This document shows, piece after piece, positions 10,328 through 24,000 of a stretch of 64,000 bases of DNA. The position numbers and the translations under genes were made by a program. Under the pieces are notes generated by a model, which ran no database searches, had not been told where the DNA came from, and was given only the letters and a program-made list of their open reading frames with translations. This DNA comes from an uncultured cyanobacterium (GTDB taxonomy: Bacteria; Cyanobacteriota; Cyanobacteriia; Leptolyngbyales; Leptolyngbyaceae). The stretch spans positions 1 through 64,000 of the forward strand of contig CAVYAN010000065.1 in assembly GCA_963766075.1 (NCBI GenBank). The letters run 5' to 3'. Every line of letters begins with the position of its first letter. The first letter of the stretch is position 1.

Positions 10328-13300
10328 TTAATCGCCCTCGATCGCCGTCCGCTGCAAATACAAATGCTCAATTTTGAGCAGTGGCAGATTGGGGTTGGCG
10401 ACGCTGGAGGCTGCCGTGCTCGAAAACAGGCTGAGGCTGAAGATATAGCGGGCATTGGTCTTGAGCGGTTGATAAATCGTTTCCCAAGTGTGGATGTCGT
10501 GAGCAATTTGCGACCGTAACCCCTCGGTGGCGGCTTGACTCGGTTGATTCGCCGGTATGGCTAACCGAGGGCTCAGCAATACTGGTAACGTGGACAACAA
10601 ATCCGCATTCTGTTCCCCCGGATCTGGATTACCCGGCACGAGGGCAAAGGCATAGCGACAGGCAATCCGCAGATCGTAAGCGTTGGCACTCTGTTCCGGC
10701 AGCACCACCCGGAACAGGTTGCTGAGATGGCGGTCGAGGGATTGGGGTTGTCCATTACCGAGACTGGCAATATCCCATTGCTTGGTGTTGATCAGCAGTG
10801 GCGTGACAATGTTGCCAAACCGGACTAGGGGCGTTTGGTAGAGGAAGGCGGGATTGGTGCGGGCGGCGGGCTGAGCGGCGAGCAGGGCTTGGTTGCGGGT
10901 GAGCCAGATGCCGCCCCAGGCGCTTTGGTGGTGGATGATGTCGCGGTCGGGAATCGTGAGGATGCGATCGGGAATGGAGGATTCACCAAAGATCGGGTCT
11001 GGGGTGTCGGTGGCGGCTTTGGGTTGGAAGCGATAGGTGCGAGTATTGCCGACATCCTGGGGATAATTTTCGGTGGGTTTATAGTTAGGGATTTGGATGG
11101 CGGGGAAGGTGAGGGTGGCCTGGTCGCGGGCGATCGCCACTTCAATCGTCTCTGGAGTGACGGCAGGCTGACCCGACGCGGTAGGCGGAATGTATTCGTT
11201 GATTTCGTAGTCGGCGGGATGGGCCAGGGGTTGGGGGGCAGTGGCGGTGAGCAGAGCGGTGGTTGAGGGGGCGAGGGCATCCCAGGCGGTGGTGACTTGG
11301 GTGATCAGGTCGGCGATCGCGGCCACAGGGGTTTGGAGATGCAGCCACGGCGGGTTTAATTACACCTTCGCTGGCACTGGCATCTGCCGCTTCTAGTTTG
11401 AGTAAATCCGGCAGAATTTGGGGGTACAGGCGGGTGAAGTTGACCAAGGCCACGAATAATGCGTGCTGCTCTGGGCTGCCACTCCCTGTGGTCGCCGGAA
11501 CGTTGGCTTCAGTTGCGCCGACGTTATAGTCAATCCGCGTTTCAATCGCATCCTGGGCAATGTCCAAATGCTCGTACACATAGGTGTATTGCCACTCGCG
11601 GATTTTGGCCAAGTCTTTGAGGCTGTCGAGATCGGCTTCAGCGCGGTGCAAAACCAAGGACGGCGGAATCGGATAGGTGCGCAGGGGAATCGGAATATCC
11701 ACATCGCCTAAGTAATTCGCATTCTGAATCGTGCTAGCTCCGGCAATGGGGAGGATGAAATTTAGCCATGAGGAGGCCTGATAGTCATTAATTCCAGTGA
11801 CATCGGTAATGTCATACTCTAGTTCATTGATCTGGTACATCAAATTCAATCGAATATCTTCCAGTTTTTCCGGGGTTTTGGTGTCGAGGAAGAAGGTGAG
11901 ATCGGAACTGCCGGGAGTCAGTGGCACTTTGGCAGTGGATAGGGTGAAGTTGAGGGCGTCGATCAGTTTTGGATCGAGGGGTTGACGTTTCGCGGGATCG
12001 GTTTGGGCATCATCGCTGCCACGCCGCAGGGATTTCACGATGGGTTGGCCAAAGAGGCGTGGCGCTGGACGACTGTCTCCGCTAGGCTGAGGATAGGCGA
12101 CTTCCACGGGGTAATGCAAGATGGTTTCAATGTCGTAGGCATTGACGAGGTTAATTAAAAGCTGTTGCTGTAATTGGTCGGCGGCGCGATTGCGGCCAGT
12201 GGCGAGATGGTCGCGATTGGCGTCATTGGGTTCCAGGATATGGGTGACTTGGCGGGCGATCGTCTTTGGCCAATGTTTTCTTACGGCCCAAAATGGTGTC
12301 TATGTACGATCGCGGCTGCGGGTTCAGGGCACTCGGTTCTGGGTGGTACTGATTGGCGAGTAAGGCAATTTCGGGCTTCAGCACGTCTTCCACCGCTGCC
12401 AGAAAGTTGCGGCCCAGCAGGGTCAAATCGAGGGCGGCTACCTGTTTATCATCCGTTTCGGTCAACGCACTGAGTCCGGTGCCTGAAATATAGCGGCGCA
12501 CGGGTATCACACCGGACAGCAGGGTATTCGCCAGGGGCGGCGCGGTGAAGAACAGCGGATTGCCTTCGAGGATGTTGTAGTAGATGCCCGGATCCTGGCG
12601 GGCCTGCTCGTCCGTAGGCTTGGCAGTGGCCTGACTGAAGTGCACAGCCCACAGTGGTCGGGTAATTTGGCCGCGAGCGGGATCGTCTTGGAGATGGGGA
12701 TTGTCGGAATGTTTGTGGGCCAGTTCATTGCCGAGGGCCAGGTGCAATCCGGCAAAAGTGGCTTCAAAGTCGGCGGCAAAGGGGCGAAGGGAGGCGACTT
12801 GCTCCTGTTCGCTGGGATTGACGGCGGTCAGGGGAGCGGTTTTGGGAGAGAGGAAGGCAGTGATGGCGGCGACTTCTGGTACGTCCTTTTGCACATCGGT
12901 ATTAACTAGGGCGGTGTCACGGCTGATTTTGACTTCGACGGTGACGGGGAAAATGCGATCGGGATAGCGGGTAAGCAGGTTGTCCGTCGATAGGGAAATG
13001 GGCTGCACAACCACGATGGGCGGAATAATCAACAGGGCATTGGGCACCAACAGGTGAGGGATTTGACCCAGGACGGCGGCAAGGTCGGAAACAGTGACTT
13101 GGGGATTTTCTTTGAGCGCCTTGTTCTCTGGATGGGCTAATTTGGCCTGTTGCAGAATATCACTAAACTTAATGGCTAAGGTATAGAAGGTCTCGTTTAG
13201 GCGCGTTTTTGGCTGGCTATCGATAATGATTTGCCATTGGGCGGCGTTGAGGGTGGCAGAACTGAGTTGGCTCAGGCGGTTAGGATCGGCGTTTGGATTA

Positions 13301-16300
13301 TTGTTTGCATTGTCGTTTGTATTGGTATTGGCATCGGCTTTAGTAGGCCAAATTTCTATGTTGGGCTGAATTAAGCCGATAGTGCTTTGATTGGCGATCG
13401 CCACAGCAGCAACTTCAGCCACAGTTTGGATGTCTTCAGCGGTGACGATGGCTCCGGTGGTTGGGGGATTGGGATGGCTAAAAAGCAGGGTGGGAGAATT
13501 TTCAGCCGGATATCCTAGGCGGGTGGTAATCTCCTGTTTGAGGGGAGACAATAGGCTGGCTAGATTCGTATTAGCTGGGATGGCGAGGACGGCGGGCAGA
13601 TGGGCCGCAATTTGAGGATCTAGCTGGGTGCGATCGGGGATTTGCAGCGGGGCGATCGCGCGACTCGTCAAATTATGGGTCAGATTAGGATTGAGGTGAA
13701 CATCACGATTAACAAAGGCAATATCTGCTAGGGATATTGGATCCGTCGGATTAATCCTGAGGCGGGTGAGATCGTCTAACAGCTTACGTTCGATGGTTTG
13801 CAGGGTGTCCGGGGCTGGACGCATCAGAAAGCGGAGCTTGGCATTGATGACTAAGATATTGGGAAGAGTTTGAATCGCTCGCACAATCGCGATTTCTGAC
13901 TGATTGAAGTGCTGGGCAAGGCTAGCAATGGTATCTCCATCAACCAGGGTGTAGAAAGTCTCACCGATGGTCACGGCTTGACCAGCTTGGAACAAGTTAG
14001 TTTGGCCACGATTTGCGCAATCGCCACGTACTCTAGTTGGCGGTCGCGGGTTAATTCTGGGGAATATACGACGCTGCTCAAGATCATATCCAGAGTCTCG
14101 TCAGCCTTTACGGTATAGTCCACGTGAACGTCTACATTGGGGTCAATGGTGACATAGCGCACCAGCAGGCGGAGGGAGGACTCAGCGGCCAAAATATCGC
14201 GGGCTTGAACCAAACGAATGATCGCTAGTTCCGATAGATTGAATGTGCTGGCAAGACTCGCGAAGGTGTCTCCAGCCGCTATGGTGTAGGACATTTCCCC
14301 ATGGGTAAGTACGTGACCCACTTTCAGCAAACCGAGCCGGTTACGATTAGCGATCGCAATGTACTCCAGTTGGCTTTCTGCGGTCAATTCTGGTTGCCCC
14401 TCACTCGTCGAGTCTGGGGGACTTAACGTTCTACTAATGATGGTTTTTAGAGTCTCACCTTCGGTGATTTTGTGTTCAACTCTGATGTATAAGCCAATAT
14501 TCGGGCTGTAGAGGTTATACGTCTCCGCATTAGCTGTGGCGATCGCTTTAATCGTGGCGTAGTAGGGATTGCTACTGGGATTCTCGAACTCGCTGATGGC
14601 ATAATTCGGGGCCGCATTGGAGTAATTCGGCATGGGTGAAATAGTAGATATCACTTACCGTGGCTAGTGTATCTGTTGCCTGAACGGTATGGGGATAGGC
14701 TTGCAGGGCTTCTAGCGTGGACAGATAGCGATAGTTCGTGTCAATAAAGTCGGTAAAGGGCGTTTGTCGGCTTCCCGGCCTGTGAAGGGGGAATTTTTAT
14801 CAGAGTGGGTCTTGAAGGTATAGTCAGCATCCGGCAAGACGGAATTGTGGACAGTCAGGGTGACATCGCTTTGATGGATTTGATAATAGACCTGGTTGTA
14901 GAGGGCGCGGGCACTGCGGGTGGCGCGTTGGGTTTCGCTGAGGAGGCGACCTGCCACCGGAATAAATTGGGTTTGATCGAGGATCAATTCCACCGTTAAC
15001 AGTGCTGTCTTTGGGGTGGTTCCAGGTTGGAAACTGTAACTCTCGACGACTCCGGGCCATTGATTAATCCCTAGCAAACTGTCGAAGTAGCGGATGGGCA
15101 CCGATCGCTTCATCGTCTCCGAGCTGAACCGATTGCCGTAGACATCCTGCCAATGGAAGTGCAAATCGAGGGTGCGATTCACATGTTCAGCATCGATGCC
15201 CGCGTAGGGGTTGAGGCGCGACGGTGGCAGGGTGGCACTGGCTGTTGTCTGGCTGGCAAAGAAGGAATAGAGCGGCACCACCCGTTCGTAACGCCAGTGT
15301 TGTGGATCCTCGGGCAATTCGGCAGGACCGACGGGCAAGCCTTCGTTGCTGCGGGCGGTGGCGTTTGCGGATCTTGGAGAAAGTAGCCCAGGGTTTGATA
15401 CAGGTTCAGCAGTTCAATGTTGCCGCGATTGAGCAGGACCGTTGGATCCGTGGACTTGATCTCGTCGATCGCCAGCGATCGCGTTAACTGGAATCCGGCA
15501 TTGCCGGGGGGCACTTGCAGGGCTTTCACAGTTTGTTTACTTTCCGCGATCAGGACGGTATTGGCGGGATCTTGGCGATCCTTCAGCACCACGCAATTGT
15601 GGAAGGGCAGCGCAATGGGCGCGGCGGAGTGTCCCAAAGGTTCCAGCACCACCAGCAGGACTAAGGAGGCGTTCAAGCCATCGGTAAACAGGTGGGCAGG
15701 CAGCCCCTTGTTCCCGGTTTCGGTATAGTGCAGATAGTAGCCGCCGGAATTAACGGTGCTGCCTTCCCACAGCAATTGGATGAAGGTCTGTGCGTCGTTG
15801 AGGGTGGCGCTGTAGGGGTCGGCATTGGGGGCGGTGACGGCGGTGGCCAGTAATGTCATGCCTACACCCGCGGGATTGCTCTGGGTGGAGAGGTTGGTTT
15901 TGAGCAGGAGATTGTTGGCGATCGCGCCGTTCATCAAGCCTGCTGCCTGGGCATCTACATTAGCGGAACTCTTGTCGTTGGCATATAACAGATAAAGCTT
16001 CGGTGTGACTCCAGTATGACTTTGTAGATGATTCCACACCTCTTCTAACAGGTCTTTATCGGTTTCGTTCATGCCGACCATGAGGTAGATTTGATCGCTG
16101 GCCTCGGCAATGTGGCGAACGGTCAGTTTAATTCGAGTGCCCCAGGTGAAGGAGTCTAGGGGCTTCATTTTCTGGTCGGTCATGGGCGTGCCCGATGTCT
16201 GGTCGATCATGGGCGTGCCCGGTGCGGGGTTGCCCGATTTCAGGGCCAGGGTCACGCCGTTGGGTTGAGTGGCCAAGAAGCTGCGGAGATTGTCCGGTAG

Positions 16301-19300
16301 ATCCAGCAGCGATCGCAGCGTGGTCACCCCATCAATCAAACTGGTCCAGGGCACTTCTTGCTGGAGGTTGTAGCGGCGGGGTTCATCGACATACAGCGGC
16401 AGCAATTCTGGTGTGGTGGTCAGATCCGGGGCCGTGGGGGGGAAGTGGGTGTTCAATCCGCTCAAGTTGGTGATGAACGCGGTTAAGTCGTCAGGGAAGA
16501 CGTAGCGCGGATTAGCTAGGGTCAGCCAGGGAGCGGCGGTGGCAAGGCTGAGGGTGATGCCGTAATTGCTGGGAAAGGTGGTGGGCAGGGTAAATTGCTG
16601 ACCGGTTTTGGCATAGAGGGGCAAGGTGGCGGCGTTGTTGCCCGTCGGCAGCCGGAGTCCGGCCATGAAGAAGCGGGAAGCACTGCCTGCCAAGTGATTC
16701 AGTTGACCTTGGGTGTTTAAACGATGGAGAACATGGTCTCGAGGTTGTCAGTGGTGATTTTTCGAGTTTCTAAGTCTTCGATCGCATATTGAATCAGCGA
16801 TCGCACCAGCAAGGCAAAGTAATCAACAAAAATGACTTCCGCTGCCGATGCGGTTGCTTGGGCTGTTGGAGCATTAGCAGGGCTAGATTGAGTGCCACCG
16901 GGGGGCGTTGAGGTTTGCTCTAGCGTGTCGCCATGCTTGACTTTAAGCTGACGGAAGTATTGCGCAATCTGAGTCTGCTCGGCATCCGTGAGTTTATACG
17001 CATCATCGGCTCCAAAGGAAATGACCTGGGACTCGCCATTTTCGGAGAATTTGTCGAGGGTCAGGGCCAGTTGCGGCACCATGGGAAAAATACTGCCGCT
17101 GAGTTGGCCATCGGATTTCACTTGGAGAGTCAGGGTAAAGTTGGCCTCCAGGAAGTCGTTAAGGCTCTGGAAGTTGAAGGGGGCACTGTTCTCTTCCTCT
17201 TTATCGAGGAACATTTGGAAGAGACGCTTTAATTCCGGCAGAGTGACTGTAATTTGCCTCAGATCCTGGGGCAGGGGGCGATCGCCCGCCGTGGAGTAGT
17301 AGGCATAGACGGCCCAGGCCAACAGCTTTTGGGTCAGGACATCAAAGTCACTGGTCTTACGTGCTGCATCGGTCCCATGGTTTGCAGAACCCTGACTGTT
17401 GACGTCGATGGCGTTTTCAATCAACAACAACGCAATCCCCTTGATTTGGGATGGGTCATTCTGTTTATTCTGTTATTCTGTTCATTCTGTTCATCCAGAC
17501 AGCGGGTAACGGCGGGTTGGAAATAGAGGGTGAGGGGGGTAGGCGCTGGGGCGACAGCGGTGGCGATGAATGTATTGGCGATAAATTCACTGGCCATGGA
17601 TTCGTTGGCCATGGATTCGTTGGCCATGGGAGCGGTCATGAACAGCACGGGTTGCCAGTTGAGGGGGGTTGGCTCCGGCAGGGGCATCTCGTTGCGGGCG
17701 ACCGGTTCAGCGGCGGGGGCTTCGATTTCGGCCCAAGCATTGGCGGCAATCGCCATTTCTGGAGCAAATTCGGGCGCAAACCCGGCAGCTAGACTCTGGG
17801 GCGCAAAACCCTCGGGGGCAAAAGTCCGCGGTGCACCCTGCGGAGCCAGCGTCCAAGGCGTGGGACTCGCCGAACCCAAGGTAAACTCCTGCTTCACGGT
17901 CAGGCTGAAGGAGAAATGAATGCGAATAAATAGAATCTTGATCGAGGCCCTGACGCTCACTTGCGCTTCAATCGCTAGGTAAATCGGCTGATGGCATTCC
18001 ACCTTGAACAGGACCATCACCTGCACAATTACTTCGACTTCGACCTGGATCACCACAAAGTCCACTGAGCCGTACAGTCGCCCCACGATACCAATGCCGC
18101 CCTTGACGAGGAAATAGGTCTCTTTGGGCAAGGCCGGATTCGCCGGATTAAACCAGGCAATCACGCCTTCCACAATGCCCAATACTGAAATACTAATTTC
18201 CGCCTTCAGCACGCCTTTGTTGAAGGTTCTACCCAGACCCACTTTTAAACCAATCCCAAAGGCAATCACGGGATTAAACGTGCCATTGGTAATCGCGGGC
18301 ACTACCCCTTGGGAGGTTTCGGCACTCAGTTTTTTGAAATAAAATCCCCCGGCTCCAGTGAAAATCAACACATCCAGTCCAAAGGATCGACTAAAGTTGG
18401 CCTTCCAGGGAAAGCCCATGTCAATGGCAAAATCGCCATTGGTGTAAATGTCGAGAATCAATCCTGGTAAAGTAACCGCGACAACGCCAAATTGTAACTG
18501 TCGCATCGAATCTGGCAGCACTAATTCAACGTGATAGACTCCAATCGTGTCACTGATACGGCGATAGAGAATTTCAAAGACTAGCCCTGCAAAGGACTTG
18601 GCCTTTTCACCGGATAGTTCTAGGCGCAAGCCATAGATAACGGGATCGTTGAAAATCAGGGCAAGACTAATGGTATCGATAATCGTGAATTGCGCGCCGA
18701 TCAGCCAACTGCTTTGGGCATTGAACTTGAGCAGTTCGCCTTGGCGGGGTCCGGGTTGGTCCGGTTCGAAAAGGGCGAGCAGGGGATTGGTATTGCGCTT
18801 TTGCGGTGGTAAGGGCACCAAGTCCGATCGCAGCGCATCCATCACCGCCTTAACATTCACCAAATCCTTGGTATTCGCGAAGGAAACATGTTGTCCTAAG
18901 CCCAAATATTGCAAGTCAAACACCGTCGCGCCCTGTCCCGGAACCGTGGGCGGTGGATCATTAATGGCATCCCAGGGGGCCGGGGCAAACGGCTTGCCTA
19001 GCATATCGCCGGTAATCGTAATATCAACCCCAGCTTGGGTGCTGCCTTTGGGATGATAGATCAGATCAATGGTTTTGATTTTGATAAAACCCAAGTCTAT
19101 AGAACTAGAGGGTTTATAAATCGCTTTGCACGATCGCGCGGGCAATACCCCAATTGTTTGACCTTGAGCATTTTTTTGAATAATATCTGTCGCCCCAAGG
19201 TTCATCTCCAGGGTCAATCCCGACAGTGAAATCTTGTTCAATAGATCCCAGGGCGGATCCAGTTGAAAATCATCGGTATTGGGATCGATCAGGTTGACCA

Positions 19301-19983
19301 TCATCGTGATCAAACTGCCAAAGGTCAATTCATTGCCAGTAACCAGTGCCCCGGTGGCCGGATCGCGGCGTTGAATGGTACTGGTGGTAATGGATAAATA
19401 TTTCCCGGTCGCATCGTTAATATAGCGTGCTCTGAGGGCAAAAGCTGCCCAATTCCAACAGAAAGGCCAGCTCTTTATTGGTAGCGCCAAAGGCGTATTC
19501 GGCCCCAATTTTGAGGTTGCCAAAGAAGGGGATATTGGTGCTGACGAGTCCGGCAATGGTGCCGGTGCCGGGGAGGTTGCCGGTTTTTTGGACAGCGGCG
19601 ATCGCCTGAATCGTGACGTCGGTCCCGCCAATGTCCAGATTCCACTCCGCCACTCCGCTTAACCGATAGCTCTCGGATGGTGCTGACCCACCCGGCGTAC
19701 CGTTCGTTTTAGCGACGGTAATATCCAGTTCCTTAATCCGCAGATCCGCCAGCCCCTCGATGTTCAAATCATCGTTGATGGCAACTGCGGTTAGCATATC
19801 TCGCAGGTGGATATTCCGCAGTTGTCCCCGCATCACCGTTTGGGACACGGGCGGCACACCGACCTGTTGCTGTTCCAGGTTCAGTAGGATGGTGCCCAGT
19901 GGTTCGAGTTCTGCCACTAGGCCAAGACTAATCCGGGGTTTGACGGGAATGGGGGCAGGTTGATTCATAGGTGACCCTGGCAT
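10328..19983 (-). CDS. Giant (~3200 aa) uncharacterised protein with LysM-like repeats, split by about 8 apparent frameshifts
   Basis: Abutting or overlapping same-strand fragments 19417-19983, 17421-19631, 16717-17430, 15179-16693, 14712-15338, a short unlisted frame at ~14600-14760, 13971-14654, 12223-13995, 11142-12119 (frame open to ~12245) and 10328-11326 read continuously across 1-nt shifts. LysM-like motifs: HTVQATDTLAT, HKITEGETLKTI, YTIAAGDTFASLASTF, YTVKADETL, YTLVDGDTIASLAQHF. Confidence 0.75.
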
Positions 19984-20006
19984 GATGGGGCATGGGTTCG
20001 TGGCAT

Positions 20007-20046
20007 TCCCCCTCGCCCAAGTCTGGGCGGGGGGACAGGGGGTGAG
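20007..20046. repeat. GC-rich REP-like palindromic element inside the giant-protein operon
   Basis: TCCCCCTCGCCCA-AGTC-TGGGCGGGGGGA followed by CAGGGGGTGAGG. Confidence 0.5.
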
Positions 20047-20052
20047 GACAAT

Positions 20053-20592
20053 CTACTGTTCGTTACTGACTTTAAAGTACACACCCTTCAATTTCAGGTT
20101 GCCAATCAGCTTGCCACCGTCTGCACCCCAGGTAGCAGATAAGCCCACGGTATAGCGCGTCGGCAGTGCCGGAGTGATGGGATCCCCAACGGTCGCGGGT
20201 GGAACAGGGGGTCTACGGGTGGGTGGGATTTTCAGATGGAATTGCTCGATTGCCAACTCGGCATCAAACAATAAATTCACAATGTTTTTCAACACATCAA
20301 TATCGGGCAACACATCATCTTTAAATTTGCCATTGGCATCTAGAAAGCTATCGAGAGTGCTGGCATCCATATCCAGAGCACTAAATATCCCGCGTAGCCT
20401 GCCGCCAACGGGACCGAAGTCAATCCGTTCGCCGGGTTTTAAGCCGCATTCAAGTCCTTTGGTTTTCAGTTCGGTAATCGCAGTCGTGGGTTCCAGGGCA
20501 ATCTCTTTGCCATCAAAGTCAAAGACTACGCCCAAAAAAGTCTTGGGTTTTACGGATAGATCAGTGGTCGTGGCAGGTGGGGTGGTCGGCAT
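20053..20592 (-). CDS. Hypothetical protein (~179 aa), giant-operon gene 4
   Basis: ATG at 20592 preceded by AGGAG; ends ...YTVGLSATW...KLKGVYFKVSNEQ. Confidence 0.8.
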   Translation of the reverse strand: MPTTPPATTTDLSVKPKTFLGVVFDFDGKEIALEPTTAITELKTKGLECGLKPGERIDFGPVGGRLRGIFSALDMDASTLDSFLDANGKFKDDVLPDIDVLKNIVNLLFDAELAIEQFHLKIPPTRRPPVPPATVGDPITPALPTRYTVGLSATWGADGGKLIGNLKLKGVYFKVSNEQ

Positions 20593-20659
20593 AGGATCTC
20601 CTAATCGGGATAAGGTGTGGAAAATGAACGGTGGAGCCAGCAATTCTAAGATGCGATCG

Positions 20660-21002
20660 CTAGGATTGCTGCTTGGGAAGCACAACTTTGAAGGTTGCTT
20701 GGGAGGGATATTCTCCAGCGGTCAAGCGTAGATCGACATTGGCAGTATAGGATATCCCTTCACCATTGCCTTGAGTTACCCGAATGGGGGTATTCTGCAT
20801 CCATTCTGTCAGCAGGATGCCCTCGGGGGAATCGATAGAGAGACTGAGCTGATGGTCTTGGTTCAGGGCCGCGATGAAGTCGGCAACAGTTGTAGCAGCA
20901 AGTACATTGTCGGACACGGGTCATAACTCCAAGAGTGACAGAATTGATTACGGAATTAGTGATTAATTTATAGAATTGATCGGTTGAAATTGTGTTGAAC
21001 AT
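20660..21002 (-). CDS. Hypothetical protein (~114 aa; frameshift near 20920), giant-operon gene 3
   Basis: MFNTISTDQFYKLI...LGVMT joins VSDNVLAATTVADF...FKVVLPKQQS; GAGG upstream of the ATG. Confidence 0.6.
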
Positions 21003-21077
21003 GCCCTGCCTCAATGGGTTTTTAGTCCTGGATTTCAGCCCTGGATCTGAGTTATTCCAGATCTGAATTAACGTACC

Positions 21078-24000
21078 TTAACGCGGTGGTGGTGCTTTCC
21101 CAGGGACTTGCCCAGGTTGGGGCGTAGGATCCTTAGCATAGGCCGCATACCAACCGATCGCTTTCTTAACCGTGTCCTGGGTGGCCTGCGGATCGCCAAA
21201 AATGATGATTTCGGTCTGACCACTAGGAGGCAACGACAAAATCAACACCTTAATCATGATGTTTTTGAGTTTGAGCAAATAGCTGGGCCTGCCGTCGGGC
21301 AGTTTGCCTACAATAAATTCAATGCTCTTAAATACGATTTTGATTAAGCCCAGAATTGCGAGTTCCTTGCGGCCACCGGACAGGCTGGGCATTTTCAACC
21401 CAATCGCCACTCCCAAGGGCGGTTCCTTCTTCGGGGTGCTGCCGGTGGCCGCCAATTCCGGTACATTGCCCATGGGCTTCCAGGCGGCCAAAATGGTGAC
21501 AAACAAGCCCGCTTTTCCGGCTAACGCGCCTAAATCGCCCAGTTCCAATTCAAACGCCAGTCCGTACCAAATATTGCCCAAGGCGACATTGCCCAAGGGC
21601 GACTTGACGGGGAGATAGCCCAGGCTGCTGGGGGCTTTGCCGTCGTCGGTGGCGATAAATTCCTTGAATTTGAGGGGGAATTTGCCGTACAAGCTATCGG
21701 TGCGGACTGCGCTGCGTTTGAGGTCGAAGACCAAGTTGCGGGGATTGAATTTAAATTCCGGTGGGGTGAGGGTGAAGTGCCGGGCGGTGCATTGGCCGGG
21801 GCCTGGGGATCGGCGGGCACCGGGTTTTTCTGGAAGGCCATGGTGATCACCAAGTTGGCGAAGCTGAGACCACTGCTGCCTTTAGCATCCGGCGGTTCTT
21901 CTGGCCCAAAGGAGAAAATATCAAACTTCTCTAGCTTGCGGAAATTCAACTGGCCCCAGAAGGTGAAGCGTCCGGTAATCTTTTGTGCACCGTCGGCATC
22001 GGTGACAATGGGGTCGGTCGCAAATTGGGCTTTGATGATTTTAATAGTGTTGAGAATCGGACTTCCCGGCAGGGCGAAGATGTTATCGCCGACGAAGCTA
22101 AAGGCGTAGGTGGTTTTGCCGTTGTGGTTTTCGGCGGTGCCTTTGAGCAGGACGGTATTGCCGATCGCATTGGGATTAAAGAGCTGCGTGCGATCGCCAA
22201 ACAAAGCATTCAGAGTAATGGAAACATCACTGGAAAACGCCTTAATTTGAGAATTTTGAAACAACACCCGCAGCGTTTGAACTTGAAAATCATAGTCCAG
22301 CACCGGGGAAACAGGTTTGACATCCGCTTGATAATCAATTAGACCAAATAGAGAGGACGGTTTAGCGACGAGTTTGCCGCCTTCGGGAACAACGGGCGTG
22401 GTTTCAATGCCAACGTATTGGGCCATGAAGCGATCGCCATCAATGCCCGCTGCCAACGCCTTTAATTCATCAGGAAAATTCTCCGGTGGTACGCTGACGT
22501 TAAAGGCAATCACACCAGACCAAGTGGGACTTTGCAGGGCTTGAGCAAGCTGTCCATAGTTTTCCCGATCCTTGGGCACATCACTTTTGCCCCTGGCGAT
22601 GATGTCCTGCTGGAAGAATGTGCTAAGGCGTTGACTTAAAGCGTCCAGATCGGGGGCGATCGCTGCTTCCGATTTATCCGTACTAAAAATTTGGGGCTGA
22701 GACCAGGTAGACAGACTCTGAACCAGTTCGGTGGCGGGGCGATCGTAGAACTTAAAGATCAGGATCGTGCCGTGCTGTTTCCAGACTGCCGGATCCAGAT
22801 CAAATTGCCAGTCTTGAATGGTCAATTGATTGTCTGTCCCAAAATGGTTGCGGAGGGATTCAGGATTGGTAATCACCAGGAAAAGTTGATTGGATTGCAG
22901 AGATGCCCGCAGCGGATCGGTTTGCGCCAGGGTGTGAAACTGCATTTTTTGATCAGCAGTATCTCGCGCCAATAGGAGAGACTGCATCACGGCATAATCC
23001 GGTGAGAACTCGGCCAAAAATCCCTGGGGTGTGGTGCCGGTAATGCTGGGCTCAGTGAGACCGGCGATCAGGCTCAGACGGACCGGTGCAGGGGGCGGGG
23101 GATTTTTGGCGATCGCGGCGGTAATCACCGCCCGCCGATGGGGACTGACCAACTGCTGCTCCAATCGCTGATAATCCTCGAGGGCATGGCGGGCCACCCC
23201 ACCATAGGGCAGCATCGGAAATGCCTCGACAGTGGGTAGGGCTTGGTCATCAGTCGGTAACTCGGCGACGGGTAACTCGGCGGCGGGCACTTCCATGTAC
23301 CAGAGCAGATCGGGCGCAGAGGCAGATTGTGGGGCGGTGGCGATCGCGGTGGCTACCGACTGCGGATCCGCAGGGCGCGCTTCCAGACTGTGCAACACCG
23401 CTTGATCGGGTTGAGCATAGTAGGTCAGGGCAGCATCGGCTTGGCGGACAAAGGCCCAGGCCGTGGTGGCAAAATCCGTCAAGGGTTCCCCAGAAACGGT
23501 GGTGTCTAGGCCGATGCCGGGAATAAAACTGGGGGCAAAGGCGGGATAGCCAGTGCGGAAGCAGAGTAGGTTGGTCTGGCCTTTGGGCAACTTCACATAC
23601 TCGACCCCAGAGAGGCCACAGAGAAAGTTTTGATCAATATCGGGTGGGGTGTAGTCAGTGTGGGGTGGGACGGTAATCTCAAATTCGCCCTGGGGTACCA
23701 GGTAAAAGGGATCATCGGGGCTGGGCTGGCTGCTGCTGGGTAAGACGGTGAAAACTAAGCGGCTCAGGGCGTTGTGGGGGGTGAGGTGGACCTGATGCCC
23801 CAAATGGGTATGGAAACAGGAGGGCATGGCCGCCGTGGTTTGGCCTTGGGCATTGACAAAGCCAAAGTACGTGCGACCCTCGTTAAGGGGATACAGGGGA
23901 TCTAACTGGGCGTACAAGATCAGATCATGGGGATAGTAGCCCACATCGGCGGGATCTTCGGAGAGAAAGGGATAGTGCTGATGGGTAACGATAAATTCAG

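Noticed and set aside
10328..19983. Programmed frameshifting or phase variation in the giant gene
   Set aside because: The same kind of indel occurs in housekeeping genes, so sequencing error is the simpler explanation.
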